64,000 nt of DNA, taken from assembly GCA_964035545.1 (NCBI GenBank), contig OZ037765.1, positions 22,505,504 to 22,569,503 on the forward strand, in the 5' to 3' direction. The notes beneath the pieces are model-generated. The model saw only the letters and a program-made list of their open reading frames with translations. It searched no databases and was not told the origin of the DNA. The position numbers and the translations under genes are program-made. Source of the DNA: Bugula neritina (lineage: Eukaryota > Animalia > Bryozoa). Below, one piece after another: positions 49,062 through 62,959 of the stretch. Numbering within the stretch: the first letter of the stretch is position 1; the number at the start of each line of letters is the position of its first letter.

Positions 49062-52000
49062 ATGAGTACTGATTTAGCGAAGAAAAAGAAAGGTGGAGGT
49101 TTTCTCTCAAGAAAAACTCAGCCAACTAAAGAGAACTGCGCTGATATACAGCCTGATGATGTCTTAATGTTTACAGCTCCCACTGAAGGTTTGTTGTAGA
49201 CATCTACAACGTGTTTTTATTTCAACTGTAATGGGAAATAATGTTTTTAGTTCTTTTACATTTTGCAAAGTTACAGAGAGTAGGTTGTTTAGTTATACAA
49301 TTATACGGACTAAGGCTATTTTGGTAATTAAGTACATTTCGCTCACAGTAATGCAAAATTATCCCTAAAATATGTTTTCTTGACCAAAAAAATATAGAAA
49401 ATGTAGCAAAACTGGAAAAAACATAGTTGATTACTTAATTTTATTGGATAGAATTTCACTTTTTAAAGCAAACAAAACATATATATATATATATTACAGG
49501 CTTGGTTGCAAAATATGTGAAACTATGAAGATATTCAGTGTGTACTGAATAAAGTAAAGTGACCCATTTGTAATTGAATATCTCAGTTTTCATAAATGTA
49601 GAAATGGTATTCAACAGTTTTAAAATATTAGAAATATAAAAATTAAATCAAGCACATATTGGGGCTCTAAAAATACATATATAAATATGATCGATGCAAT
49701 TTTTTGAAAATTTTATAAATTTGAAATATATTATTATTCAATTGTAAATTTAATTAAAATCTAAACTTGTAAGCTAATTTAATTCAACATGTTATAGCAG
49801 ACACAAGTTTTGTTTTCTTCAAGGAAGTTTTTGTCTATATTATTAGTTGTTGAAAGTAATTATCGATAACTTGTATGTAAATTCTTGTTTATTTCAGATT
49901 ATTTATGCGATATTGATGCAAACATCTATGGAATAGAGTTTGTGAGATTCAAACTTCGAGATGTTGAACAGGAGATGACGCTGTTTGAAGTAGCTCGTCC
50001 TTCTGGTTAGTACGGCAATTTCAAGCCATTAGATGTCCAAAATAGTTAAAGGCATTAAAATATTTTAAAGTTTTTAATAATTGTAGATTGATTTGATAAC
50101 AGAGTTACTAACACAAAGTTTTATGCATTATAATAATAAAAGAAAGTTTGTAATATGAAGTAGCTGTTTAAAGCAGCACCTGTGTTATATAGATGTAAAC
50201 AATAAGGCGATATACATTAGCTGTTATGCTTTCCGTGCATCAACAATTCTATTTCTGCAGAGTGAATAAATCTATCTAAAGTGGAATAAGTTAATCTTGA
50301 ATTCTCTTCGAATCAAAAATAGTGGCAATGGTCGACATTTTATATGGTTCCTCTTTAACCAATTGCATCATATTTGTCTGTGATTGGTCAGCTAAACTAA
50401 TCATATATTTGGCTGCTAGATAACTTGAACTACTTCTAACATTTGCACCAGGCTTGGTACTTGATTTCTCTTGACATTATGATTTTAAGTTTCCAATGCT
50501 TTGCATTGTCCTACAAGCCTACCTTTTTTACACTTTATGACCAACATGTCCTCTATTAATGTTGAATTATATCATGTTTCATGGTTTTTAAATTATTACC
50601 ATATATTGTGCAGATAGCAGTGAAGTATCTGCAGCAGATGAAGGGGATTCTAATTCAAACAAAGGTCGGTTTGTAAGGTACCAGTTTACTCCAGACTTCC
50701 TCAAACTTCGAACTGTCGGGGCAACGTAAGTCACCTGAGGTTTCAATATAATTTCTATAGATTTATGTCGTTGACCTGCTAGATATTGAACTGTAACTAA
50801 ACACTCAACTAGTCAAGTATTTTTGTTCCCTGACACTTTCTTTGTGTATACTTAGACGGTAATTATTTGCTTCACGGCATATTACATTACAAATACATTG
50901 ATTTTTAGAGTGGATTTCATAGTGGGTGATAAAGAAGTCAAAGACTTTAGAATGATAGAGCGACATTATTTCCAAGATAAGCTTTTGAAAAGCTTTGATT
51001 TTCATTTTGGGTTTGTGATGCCCAACAGTCAGAACTCTGTAGAACAAATTTACGAGTTTCCTGCTCTGAAAAGCAGCGAAAGTAAGTAAAGTTTGTTAAT
51101 CTAATCCAGCCAAGTAAAGTTCTGGACTAGATAGAGTGTGAACCCAAAATGTAGCAGATTTGAGATATATTTGTCAGTATTATCAATTATCTCAAGGTTT
51201 GGTAATTCATCAGATTCCTTTAGGTAAAACAAAATACTACTGATATGGCAGCGAAATACTGTATTTTATATCACATTCCTGCTTATTATATATTCCATAT
51301 TTTTGATAATTTTTTATCAAAAGAAGTTAAGCCATTGTACATATCTGTAGCAAACAAATATCAAGATGATAAAGTTGTAGTATGAGCGTAACTGATTAAA
51401 CACATTGGTTAGCAATTCACCATATTCATTTCAATTTGGAACATACTTTGTTGCATTCAACAGTCTAGTTGGAAACTCTGGTTTCATGTAGCCCATCTGT
51501 TGTCTCCCGAAGTTGTTAAATATTGACCTCTAATGTATGTTAAATATAGAAGTTATGAAGGGATCAATTTGTATTCGTTTTGTATTTGTGAGTGTTAGTT
51601 AATGAAGTGACAATATGCATTAGCAGTTTTAAGGCAACAATTACTATATAAATTGTTATTAAAGGTTTGATTTTCAAAAATAACTCCTGGGAAATGTTTC
51701 CCAAATACAGACTTGAGGATCATTATAAATTATTTTACAGCCCACGTCAGTCAAAAATTGTATACTATTTGTGATACCCATTTACTTGAGACTTTTATAA
51801 CTGCCCTTTACGTAAAATGCTGTTGATTACTATTGTGAGACCTGAAAACGGGGGAGCAAGGGCCGTACTGGAAGAATTGAACTATTCTTAGAAAAAATTC
51901 TCTAAATCAAAATTTTTAAAGATAATTGAAGAACTTGGGCTATTTAAATGTTTCTGTTGCTGCAACTAAATGAAAAAAGGGGAGGAGTACATTGACTATG

Positions 52001-52162
52001 TTGTTCTGATGATCTAAATTATTAGGGCTTTGAATTACTTTCTTCTTTTTTGTAGTTAAAAAGATGGTGGCTCATCCATTTGAAACCAAGTCCGACAGTT
52101 TCTATTTTGTTGGCAATCAATTAGTAATGCACAACAAGGCTGAGTACTCCTATTCTGGATGA
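49062..52162 (+). CDS. UNC119: UNC-119 homolog (myristoyl-protein chaperone), about 208 aa
   Basis: Exons 49062-49188, 49898-50005, 50614-50725, 50909-51081, 52056-52162 (627 nt in frame). Motifs [91 protein letters not shown]. Confidence 0.96.
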
Positions 52163-54908
52163 CTGTGATCTCCGTGATCTCCCACTCTTTAATTTTAATT
52201 TATTTCTCATCTAGTTGATCTTAGAATTATGAATTACCATACTCATTCTCTCATTGTCTGCTCTCTCTATCTATGGCTGTGTTATTCTCTTCGTTAATAA
52301 CCATCACCACCTACTTGATTACTTATTTTCGAGTTGAAGCTCAATTACTTTCAATTTTATTTTGTATATTTTTTCTTTTATTTTTGTGATTATGCATTAT
52401 ACAGTTTTATGAGTTGTACATGGCTTATTTGATAGTGATGCTGAATGGTTTTTTGCAATTGTTGTAATGGCAAAACTGATAAGCCTGATTATTTCCAAAT
52501 ATCTGTTCGTTTACTGTAATACCCGTCCCATTAGCAATCTCTTTCAGGATTTAGTTATTTATGTTATAATTTATCGTGCATAAATATATATCAGCTGATA
52601 AATTCCTTGTTAACTTTGTCTTGCTGAATAAATATGTTGATATTTAAATATTTTTTAGTCACATTATGATATTATTCAGTGAATTTGTGTAGTGCAAATA
52701 CTATGAGTGAAATGATTGGATAATCAATTTATTATCATCTACACATTATTAAACATGGTAAACTAAGCTAAAGATGCAATGTTCATATATGAACTGGAAT
52801 TTTGCTAGCTGCACATGTTTGAAAAGCTGATACAAAATCAACAAATGTATTGGCCCATTAATAGCTATATATAGTATTTTCTTGACACACGTTTGGTCGC
52901 ATAATATGTTGTAAATATATAAATAATTGCCTAAATTTGTGTACAGCATTCGTTTTGAGATTTGTCTCCTCTTCAGCTCAGAACAGAGTACCCTGGGCGC
53001 ACACTTTTGCAATAGAAAAAACTTATGTTTCTACTAAAACGTATCATTAGGTGAAAAATGTGTAAATTCAAGCCAGCTAGAGAGTTAGCTATATATTATG
53101 TCTGTATATGTAATATCAGAAACGTCTCACAACCAAACCATTTCACAGTTCTAACAAACGGTACAAATCAAGAGCTGCATATTATTTTGTACTTTTTTAA
53201 TTACCTATATTCTAGATTTAACAATATATGCAATTGCGAATTTGTACCTAAAGACACATTATATAAAACATTGCATACTTCTTCAATCAAGTTGCTTGTT
53301 AACTGGGAAATATAGTATCTTTCTATTTATGTCAAGTGAGAAATTATAATTTTGAATGTATCCATAAAATCTTGCCTTTTACACACTTGTAAGAGGAAAG
53401 AATTCATTTTTTTATTGGTGAGTTGAATGCAAATGTCATGTTTGTAGCGTCAACTATTGAGATTCAAAATCATCAATACTGTTCATTTGTGAATGCAACA
53501 AATCTGGTAATTGCTTTTCACACAAGAAATAGTCGAATTTGAAGTCTGCCTAGTAGTAGCAGTGATTAGTTAATTATACTCCCTGCTTTAAAATAATTGT
53601 TTTATGTTCAAATACTTGTGATATATATAAACATACTTCACTGCTTGTCAATTAAGTATAACTTATATTAAATATATTATGTTTCAAGGTATAAGCTTGT
53701 CGTAGAGTGGGATTTCAACTAAGTTAAAGTTATCTTATTTATTATTACATGCATACAAAGAGCACAACTCTATTTCAGTATTCTAGTTGTATGTACATAT
53801 AGTGTAGGTGTGGCCTCTATGAGTATAATAAGTATAAAAGAGAGAGTATGTGTGAGAGAATAGAGAACAGTGAGAGGGAGAATAGAGATAGTGAGCAACA
53901 TAATAGAAGAAACTAAGCTTTTCTATAATATTCCGAAAATATTTGACTCAATGTTGAAGCAAGGTAGCATTTTATAGAGCTAAGTTATAGGATTAGTGTT
54001 TAGTTGTTCATGCCATTACTATTGTTGAATTTCTTTGGTGTTTGCATCATGTAGCAGTCATAATTCTAGTAATATTAAAAAAATTATATCTCTAGGTATT
54101 AGTATAATCATAAATTAGTATTAGAAAAAACTCCCATTTTTAATGTTTAGGAAATGCAAAAGTTATATAGAGAAGCCTGGTGGCTGCCACTTATATTATT
54201 CTAAGATATTATGTTACTACAAGTGTAACTGACATGATAGAATGTTTATTAACTTCATCACAAAACAATTATAGCGTGGTTACAGTATCATATAATAAAA
54301 ACATAAAACATAACAAAAATATAGTCCATATATAGTATATAATTAAGTCTCCCAAGTAAAACTTTATAGACACTATTCTAAACTCGTGCATCAGAATATA
54401 TAATTCATGAAAAATAGACATTTTACACAATGAGTTGTTGGACTCTAGATTCCTGAACTCACTGGTGACGGAAGGAAAATAAAACACAAAATGGCAAGTG
54501 GTGGACAAAAGAAATAGTCTAAAAGTGAGAATAAGTAGAATTATAGACATCTCAATGTGGCTTAAGAATGAGGGACCAAAATATTATTGCAACTTTTTAA
54601 TTCTTTATATGAAATACACAAATAGTTTTAAAACAAAGTAATATTATAATACCAGTGTGCAATGTATAATTTAAAATAAAATTGTAAATATGAATAGTCT
54701 CACCCTAACTAACAATATATGGTAGGTCTAAATTAAATTATATTTAATTATATAAAAATTTTATACATTCGATATAACCTACTGCAAGTTTGTGACATAA
54801 TATGTGAATTTAAACAAATAGTTTAATAAAATCAATAGAAGTGATTGTAGAACTGCCTAGAATCTTTAGAATGCTACTGTTATGTTTCATTGCTATTTGA
54901 GCTTTATT

Positions 54909-57900
54909 TTATATAAGCAGACCATTGTTTGTGTTGCTATTGGAGTTGTTGGGAATGGTGAGGGTTTCAGCAGCTGAGTTCACATCTACAACACCATAAA
55001 CTAGTTAGTAGCAGCAGTGTTTGCTAACATAAAGCCTAAACATGTAAAAAAGTCCAAATTAAGCATAGCTTGTATGTGCAACGTTTATCAGTTCGCTGTT
55101 TAAACTGCTAGAAAAAATTGAACTGTTTCAAAAAGCCCATATGTCTGGCTAATTATTTTTTTCTTACCCAAATTGAACTTTTCACAAAAGTATGCCAAAT
55201 TTGTTAAGTATTAAAATAGAATACTTTGAATGTTCTGAATGAGCCTAAATTAGTCTACAGGACAACAAAACCAGCATTACCATTATGTGTCTTCATTAAA
55301 ACAACTAAATTGAAATAGAAGATGGTTTCTAAATTAGATATTTAACACTATTAATTGCTCTAGAGTCTAGGATATGTTAATGTTAACCTTTTCAATATAT
55401 TAACTTATTATCAAAAATGCTGACTTATTCAGAATAATTAGTCCTATTCCTGTTAGCCAATAGCCCATAGGAAAGGGCTGCTACTTGGATTTGCAATTTA
55501 TATGAATTGACACTCAATGATTAGCCAATAAAAAGAGGTAAAATTCAACTTGCATTTCTCACTAAATCCTGTACTAATGAAATTTTTCAAATTAAATTCT
55601 CGGAGTTCCCTTTCCAATTCCACAATCATTTGCCGTCTCTTTTTGAGTATTAGCTCCGCCTCTTTGTGATCCTCACAAGCAGACAGATAGCCTTTCTCAG
55701 CTTCTTCTAGGAACCTACAAGTTTCAGAAAGGAAGCATAAAAACATATATAGAATATGAGAGATGTATATCGCATATGATAGACAAAATATAGAATATAA
55801 TAGACATAATATAGAATATGAGAGACATATATAGAATATAATAGGCATATATATATAAAACATGAGAGACATAACATATAGAATATAGTAACATAGTGAT
55901 TCGCGGTAGGAAACTTATAAAGCTGTAACAATTCAAATCATGGTGAAGCAGCATTTTAAAAGCCAATCAGATGAGTAGAAAAAACGATTACCTGTCTTTG
56001 CTGTCTACTTGTTTTTGTATTTGTGAGATTTCCTCAATGCTTGTATCAATGCTTTCCTGTAACTCATCGGTTTCTTTGCTCACCTCTTCAATATCAACTG
56101 TCAGCAGCCTACTTGCCTCTTTGGTTTCAGCTAACAGTCCGTCATGTCTTTCAATTTCATTCTGCATATCCGTCATTTCTTTATTAATCTCATGCCGCCT
56201 TCTAAGTAGTACGTTTAGTTCTTCTGACAAGATCACATCGTCATATTCATCTAGCATATTCTCTAGATCTTCTAATTTAAGTGCTGCTTCACCAACATTC
56301 TCTCTCAGCTTGTAGAGTTGAATCCATTTTGCCTCCTCTTCAGCAGTTATGCTAGAGATATCTGTTTAGTAAAAAAATATAGTATGCACAGATATACACA
56401 TAAGATATGACACTGCAGAGAACGCATATTCCATAATGTGTTGAGAGTTGTCTTCCCAGCAGTCACAACTAGTACAAAAAGTGTGATTTCTGCCAAGTGA
56501 AGACAATTATTATTCCTTCAGAATATAGAGCCATTTATAGAAGACAACTCCTGGAAATTATAAAATACAGAGCATTTATGAAACAATCTATGATTCTCAC
56601 AACGGCATACATAAAAATCAATGTAAATAAATTATTCTACTTTGAAGCATCATAAATTATAACATAGTACCTAATCCTCAACCAAAACCTTTACATCTTC
56701 ACTACTTAGGAGTTTAATCCGATTTATTAAATTATGTAACAGTAACAGCTCTACAAAAACCACAGACTACATTTACAGCTACTTAATATTCACTAATAAA
56801 TTTCAGCTTATATCCAAAAAGTAATCTACCACTAAACCACTCAGATATAATTATGCTCAAAGCCATGAACAGTTGGGTATACAACAAATATTTACAGCCT
56901 GTACTACAATTTAAAAATCATTACAATTTTACAAATCTACTTCCCAAATTTATTGCTAGAAGCATATAAAAACCTTAATTGAAAAGTAAAAAGTTTTAAA
57001 AATTATTGGTTTTCTGAAGTTTCATCCCCAGAGCTAGCACATTTCATGATTATAAATTGGTTTTTATAGTAATTATTATAATATATGCTTCTTGCATAGC
57101 AAAAGAGAATAACTTCTCAATATACATATAGGCCTACATGCTATGTGCTGCATGTTAATAAAATCAATATATTAAACCAGTTACATAATGTCTTGTTTAG
57201 ACATGTGCCTACCCTTATTATTGGTTGCCATTGCAATTACATTAACTTCATGTTGCTAACTAGTAAAGTGTTTCTCTGATACCATTTTTGAGTTTTCAAA
57301 CATTTAAAATGTTTACTAACTAAAAAAATTGCACATATTCAACATATTTGTAAAATTATACTATTTTTTAAAAACCAATGAAATTGAAAGATAATTCGTG
57401 TTTTGAATATGACAAAAGTTTTTCACACAAAGAATAAGTTGATTAAATGAGATACTTTTCTATTTTTCTTATAGTCTCAAAAAAGTCTTAGACTTTTAAA
57501 AATTGTTATTCATATATTTTTTTGCTGAAATTTTTTCTTTATAAAATATTCTGGATTCTCTTATCAAGTCAGACTATTTAAAAACCAAACTGAGCAGCCT
57601 GAGTTAATCAGTCAAAGATGTTAAAACTAACATTATCTCGAACTTATTAGCCATCATGTTGGTGTTTTTACAGTTGTTCTAGTTGTAAAAGTCAGGGTAG
57701 ATTATTTTAGCACAACGAAAATAAAAGCAATTATTGCATTATATGAAATAGAAAGGACAATGCGTCAGCTGTAGCATATATGCATAGTTTAGATAACATA
57801 ATATACACAATGACAGTCAAAAAGTATGCTGGAATACCTTGTTCAAGATTGTGCAACGTTTTAGTTTCATCTTCCAGTCTTCTTTCATAAGCTGCAATAC

Positions 57901-60900
57901 TTTGCTGTAGTTCAGCATACTCTCTGGCAACATTCTCTTCCTTTCTTTCTCTCTACAACAGAATATAAGTGACTGTCCATGCTGTGGTAATCATCACAAA
58001 GCAAGGTTAAACATTCACACAGGGAAATAGGTCTTTCTTACATGACGGTTTTCAGTTTTCGACCTGTGATCTCTCCTTTCAACCGATCTGTCTCTACCTT
58101 TTTGTCTTTTGGTCCTAACATCTTCAGTTAGTCGACTTTGAAGTTGATCCGTCGAACTGACTGAGGAAACAGAGTTGCTTCCTCTTGCTTTACTATAGTC
58201 CGACTCATTAGCTCGAGCTCCTTCATGAACATCTGGATAGTAATGTTGGGTGGGGGGTGGAGAGAGTCTTGATGACTCAGACCAGCTTGCCAAAGAGTGT
58301 GGTGGGTTAATAGCAGAGTCAGATGGAGGATCTGATTTTTTTGAAGATTCTGAATTCGCCTAATAAATCAGTACCAGTTTTTATTATATTGATAGATTAT
58401 GCATTTCTTTTTCTTGTGAATCATTAAACTATTGCTAAAATGTTGGATACAATCTGTCTCAGTTAGGACAAAAACAAGCCCCAATATATCATGTGACTCT
58501 TGTTTACATAATCGGCTGATTTATTAATGCATCTTTTTATGGTTATTGTCATGTATTGTCCATTACAAGATTGCTTTCTTTGAACAAAAACCTATAAAAC
58601 AATAAACAATGCATGTACATAACACTTATAGCAGTGCAACTAAAGGAAACTGACTACATATAGCATTGTCAATAGCAAGTTTTAGCCTTATGTGTCCAGT
58701 TTCAGTAAACACCTCAGTAATGTAATAGACTAGGGCTAACTGAATCAATGAATATCATTGTAGAGAGTAGTTATGTATAGGATAAAAAGCAGGGGATCTG
58801 ATTCACATGGGCTAGCTACTTAATACCACACATCTTTCACTCCATTCCAATAACAAGGTCTCACACAACTGGTACCAACTAGTATAATATGTTTTGCAAC
58901 TAAAAAAACCCACTCAGATTTGAGTAGAATTTGCTAGTTGTAAACAGACAAACACCTGATCTGAGTGGCAGTCATCCTCAGCAATAGAGTCTTTGGTCTG
59001 GAAGGGTTTAGGAGAGAAACTGGGACTGACTGTACCACTAAAGCTCATAGACTTCTTTATAGCTGATCTTCTTTTCTGTGGTTTGGGTGACTTGGCTTCA
59101 GCTAGCCGTCTCTGTGCACCACTCACTTCACCTGTACGTCTCAGGATAAACTTTACCTGTAGAGCAAACTGCTTGTCAACACAACACTGGCACACTGACT
59201 CTGAAACCCAACTGGAAAAATAATAGTTCTAAACTACATGACAAAAAATGTTATATGTTGAGCCTCAGGTCTAAAGAACTTAGAAATAAATGCATATGTT
59301 AGGTAGGCATAATGTGGTGCTAGACTCTAGAGTCTAGACTGTATGCTATTGGGCTATGGGATCTGCTATGCTGTATAAAATCCTTCAGCCTGCATTCAAA
59401 CTGCCTGTTAATAGTAAGAAAGTAATTATAGCATCCATTACTGATGCATAAAACGTGTCAATAAAATACTAAAGTTTCTACTTTTGCCACTACGACAGAG
59501 CAATTACATCCTAGAAAGTAATAGCAGATGCATGTCCTCCCTTCAAAGTGTTGTACAGAAGATTAATTGCACAAGTGTTAGGGACTTTCTAGCTCTGAGA
59601 GACAAGTAGAAGTTGAATCACTTGAACAGTGCCACTGAAATCATGTTTAGAAGTAAGTTTTAACAACTTTGAGCAATTGGCTTAGGGGTATTAGAGTGAC
59701 AGACTTAGCTTCACCCTGAAATACTCAGGACAAAACCTGCATAATTAATGATTCAAGGAGCTGAGAGTTTTACCTCAGGAAGAACTTCATTTTACAACAG
59801 GAAACAGGATAAAACCACAATGTTTTAAGTAAGAAAGCTAAGGAAATCATTAGTTAGGGTCAAATGTTGCAGAATTTTGTTTGGGTTTTAGGATTTTGGG
59901 TTTAGAGATGATGAGTCATAAAACAGCTGAAATCTCCTGAATCTTATTACTAAATATTTTAAAAATAAATCGATGAATATGAACTGCATAAAAATGTAAA
60001 TTCTAAAACAAATTGAATTTCCTAAATACTGTTTTTCAGAAAGCAAGTTACAAGTTTTACAGGATCATTTTTGTTAGAATTTCTTTTGTGATTACAAACA
60101 TTCTAAGACTTTTATATCCTCCCCTAGCCTACAGACCCTAAAGGCATTATGACCGGAGTTGATAATAGACTGAGGAGTGGATTAATTGTTGATGATTCAG
60201 TATATTAAAGTATCAATTGGCTTTATACCTGCCAGTACAGGTCTGTATTATAGTATGAAATGTACTCATTAATTTCCCAAACAGCAAATCAAAGAAATAT
60301 AATTGATCAATGACTAAGCCGAGGACTCTATAGCTACTGTAAGCTTTAGCTCTACACAAAAACAATGCAACACTAAAAGCTGGATGTGACACTTTCTACA
60401 GAGAAAACTTGCTAGGAGTGGTTCAACTCAAGGTAGCGTATTTATATACACCTAGTCTGCCCCATATCATGTAATGAACCAGAAGTCACTCAACGGGTTA
60501 ATCAATATATTAGTCTACTCTGCAATAAGACTTGTATATGAACATTTACTTGGCAGTTAAATCTTTCCAACGTACATAAATTATTATTTGAAATCATCCG
60601 CATATGATTTCTGACTTAATACTAAGGATTCTTGAGAATTATGGAGTACAATCATTATATTGTACTAAAATTTTACACATTATATTACATTCAACTGCAA
60701 TGAGCTAACTACACAAATCTTAAATTTCCTGAACTTTTGTATATCTTAGTAAACAAAGTCATTCAAGTTATAAAGTAACATATTATGATGGTCAAGGTAT
60801 CAAGGCAGAACTGCTGTTTCCTAAAGAAATACAAAATTTATTGAGCTATTGTAGCTTTTTAGTATCTAATCCCCATTTTAACAAAGCCCAAAGTCATAAG

Positions 60901-61702
60901 TACAAGTGATTAGGCAAAAGGTATTGGGCCAAAATCTGTTCTAATTATTCAGAATAAAAATACAATCAGAAAGACAAACTTCTGCTGTGGGTTTTAAGAG
61001 ACTTCATAAAAAGCCCTACAGCTTCATACAATTGAGTGAGAAAAAAATTTATCTCAACATTTGTTTCAAACTGCTTAGGGCAGATACCTGCATAAGCTGA
61101 TAAAATATCAAAGATAAATATTCATCATCCAAATACACATGAGCTGTTACTTCTAGATGATACATTTATAGCCAATAAATAACAGCTGGTGCAGTATTAA
61201 TCCTAAAGGCCAATAAGCTTAGTTATGAAATGTAGAAATTAAAATATTCTGTGAACAGTGCTTTATCAAGTGGACAAAGTTCGGAGATCGTCATAAAAAG
61301 ACTTAGGACCAGAATAGCTGCAAGAGGTTTTAAACAAATTAGCTGCTGTTGAGAACAAGGCACTGAGGTCCTCAAGCTAATAAATGGAGGCAGAGTTGCA
61401 GGCAAACTCTTAACAGATCAGGCAAAAATAATATGCCCAAATACGGTTATGAGAACATAAGTAAACAATTGTGTCACCTGTGGAGCGCTGTCACCGTATC
61501 TCTGAATCACATGGAGTGGGCAATCGTGAGGTGCCAAAGGCCGTTCATAATTCCTCCATTTTTCAAACAGTGAGAATCTGCCAGTTTTGCCAGTTGCTTG
61601 AGCTAATGCAATTATAACTTGCTCACTGGTTGTGGTGGGGGAGACACCAGCAATCACACGCTGCACTGTACCTATCCAAACCCGCAACTCCATACTATCC
61701 AT
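54909..61702 (-). CDS. RASSF8: N-terminal Ras-association domain family protein (RASSF7/8-like), about 485 aa
   Basis: Minus-strand exons 61702-61478, 59156-58956, 58359-58042, 57952-57838, 56361-55992, 55714-55563, 54985-54909 (1458 nt in frame). N-terminal RA domain MELRVWIGTVQRVIAGV..TTSEQVIIALAQATGKTGRFSLFEKWR..ERPLAP..VKFILRRTG, long coiled coil, ELREFNLKNFI motif, C-terminus NGLLI. RASSF7 versus RASSF8 cannot be distinguished; probably a co-ortholog. Confidence 0.9.
55742..55892. repeat. Degenerate ~20-bp intronic tandem repeat
   Basis: Repeated ATATAGAATATGAGAGACAT-like units just upstream (on the minus strand) of the RASSF acceptor at 55714. Confidence 0.8.
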
Positions 61703-62959
61703 CTATGCCTCCCGCACCTGCAATTTTTAAACAAATTAGCAGTCAACACTACGATAAAATTACATGCAAATAAACAAATTATGACATTTAAACTTTTCCT
61801 ACGGTGGCCTGGTAAAAATTTAAGAATTTTTTTACACTGACTGATACTAGTATATTTATATATTTTCTGCTCAACTGACGATAGCAACTGAAAAGCTGGA
61901 TAAGAAAGTTGATTTGCCAGTAAAAAAAAATTATGGAGCCGTGTAATTTATTTTATTTTTGAAGCATAGACGCTGAATTGTAAAATAATTTGGCTCCAGC
62001 TTCCTGCTATCAAAAAGCTTATCTACTAACCTGGCTAACCTAAATAGTGTCACTGATAGTGAATTGTATAATCATATGACAGGTTAGAGACTTGAAGCTA
62101 TATAATTAGTCTCTTTAATAATGATGTCACTGTGAGAGTATCAGTAATAGTTATTAGCTGCTGCAACAATGGTTATTGAAATACAATTTGGTGCTATTGA
62201 ATAGAGACACATAGTTTAACATGATGTGCTCAAAATAAACATAAATAATAATGAGTGATCCATGCAGGGTAATAATATTAAATAAAAACATAATTTTATT
62301 AGTTTGAAATTAATAACACTGCAAGCAGATACTCTTTATTTCAGCAAAAACCGAAATAAGAGAATGTAAAACTGGTATACATATACTCTCATGGAATACC
62401 TAAAGTTAATCACTGACTGTATTGATAACAGTGTAATTTTAAATTCAACATTTAGTGCATTGGTACAGCATGAACACAATATTAAAAATAATACTGTGGA
62501 ATGTCATACATGATCATCATCATTACTATCACTATACAGTATTTGTGCTAGTAGATATAAAGGTGAAATACAGTGAAAGTGATAATTAAAATAAACTACA
62601 ATTCAATTTGCTTAAACATTCAGCTGTGATATCAATACTTGCCAACGGCAGTAGTAAGTAGATAATTTATACCCTTATGCTGCTGCACTGTTACCACCAT
62701 GAGGTCTACTAACAAAAGTATATTTAGCAATAGTTTATAGTCATAGTATCACTATCAATATGCTGTCTATGCATATTCTTTGTATAAATCATCTATTATT
62801 TTGCAATACTTATAAAAATTTAAAAGCACCATTAAGTTGTAATATAAGTAACAGATTTTAAATAAAAACGAATATTTATATTTATAGTATTACTAATTTA
62901 GCAATACTCAAAAAAGTTTGGGTCATACATTATTATTAATTATATAACCAATTTAAACA

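Noticed and set aside
59320-59340. Palindrome CTAGACTCTAGAGTCTAG
   Set aside because: Short, isolated and without supporting context.
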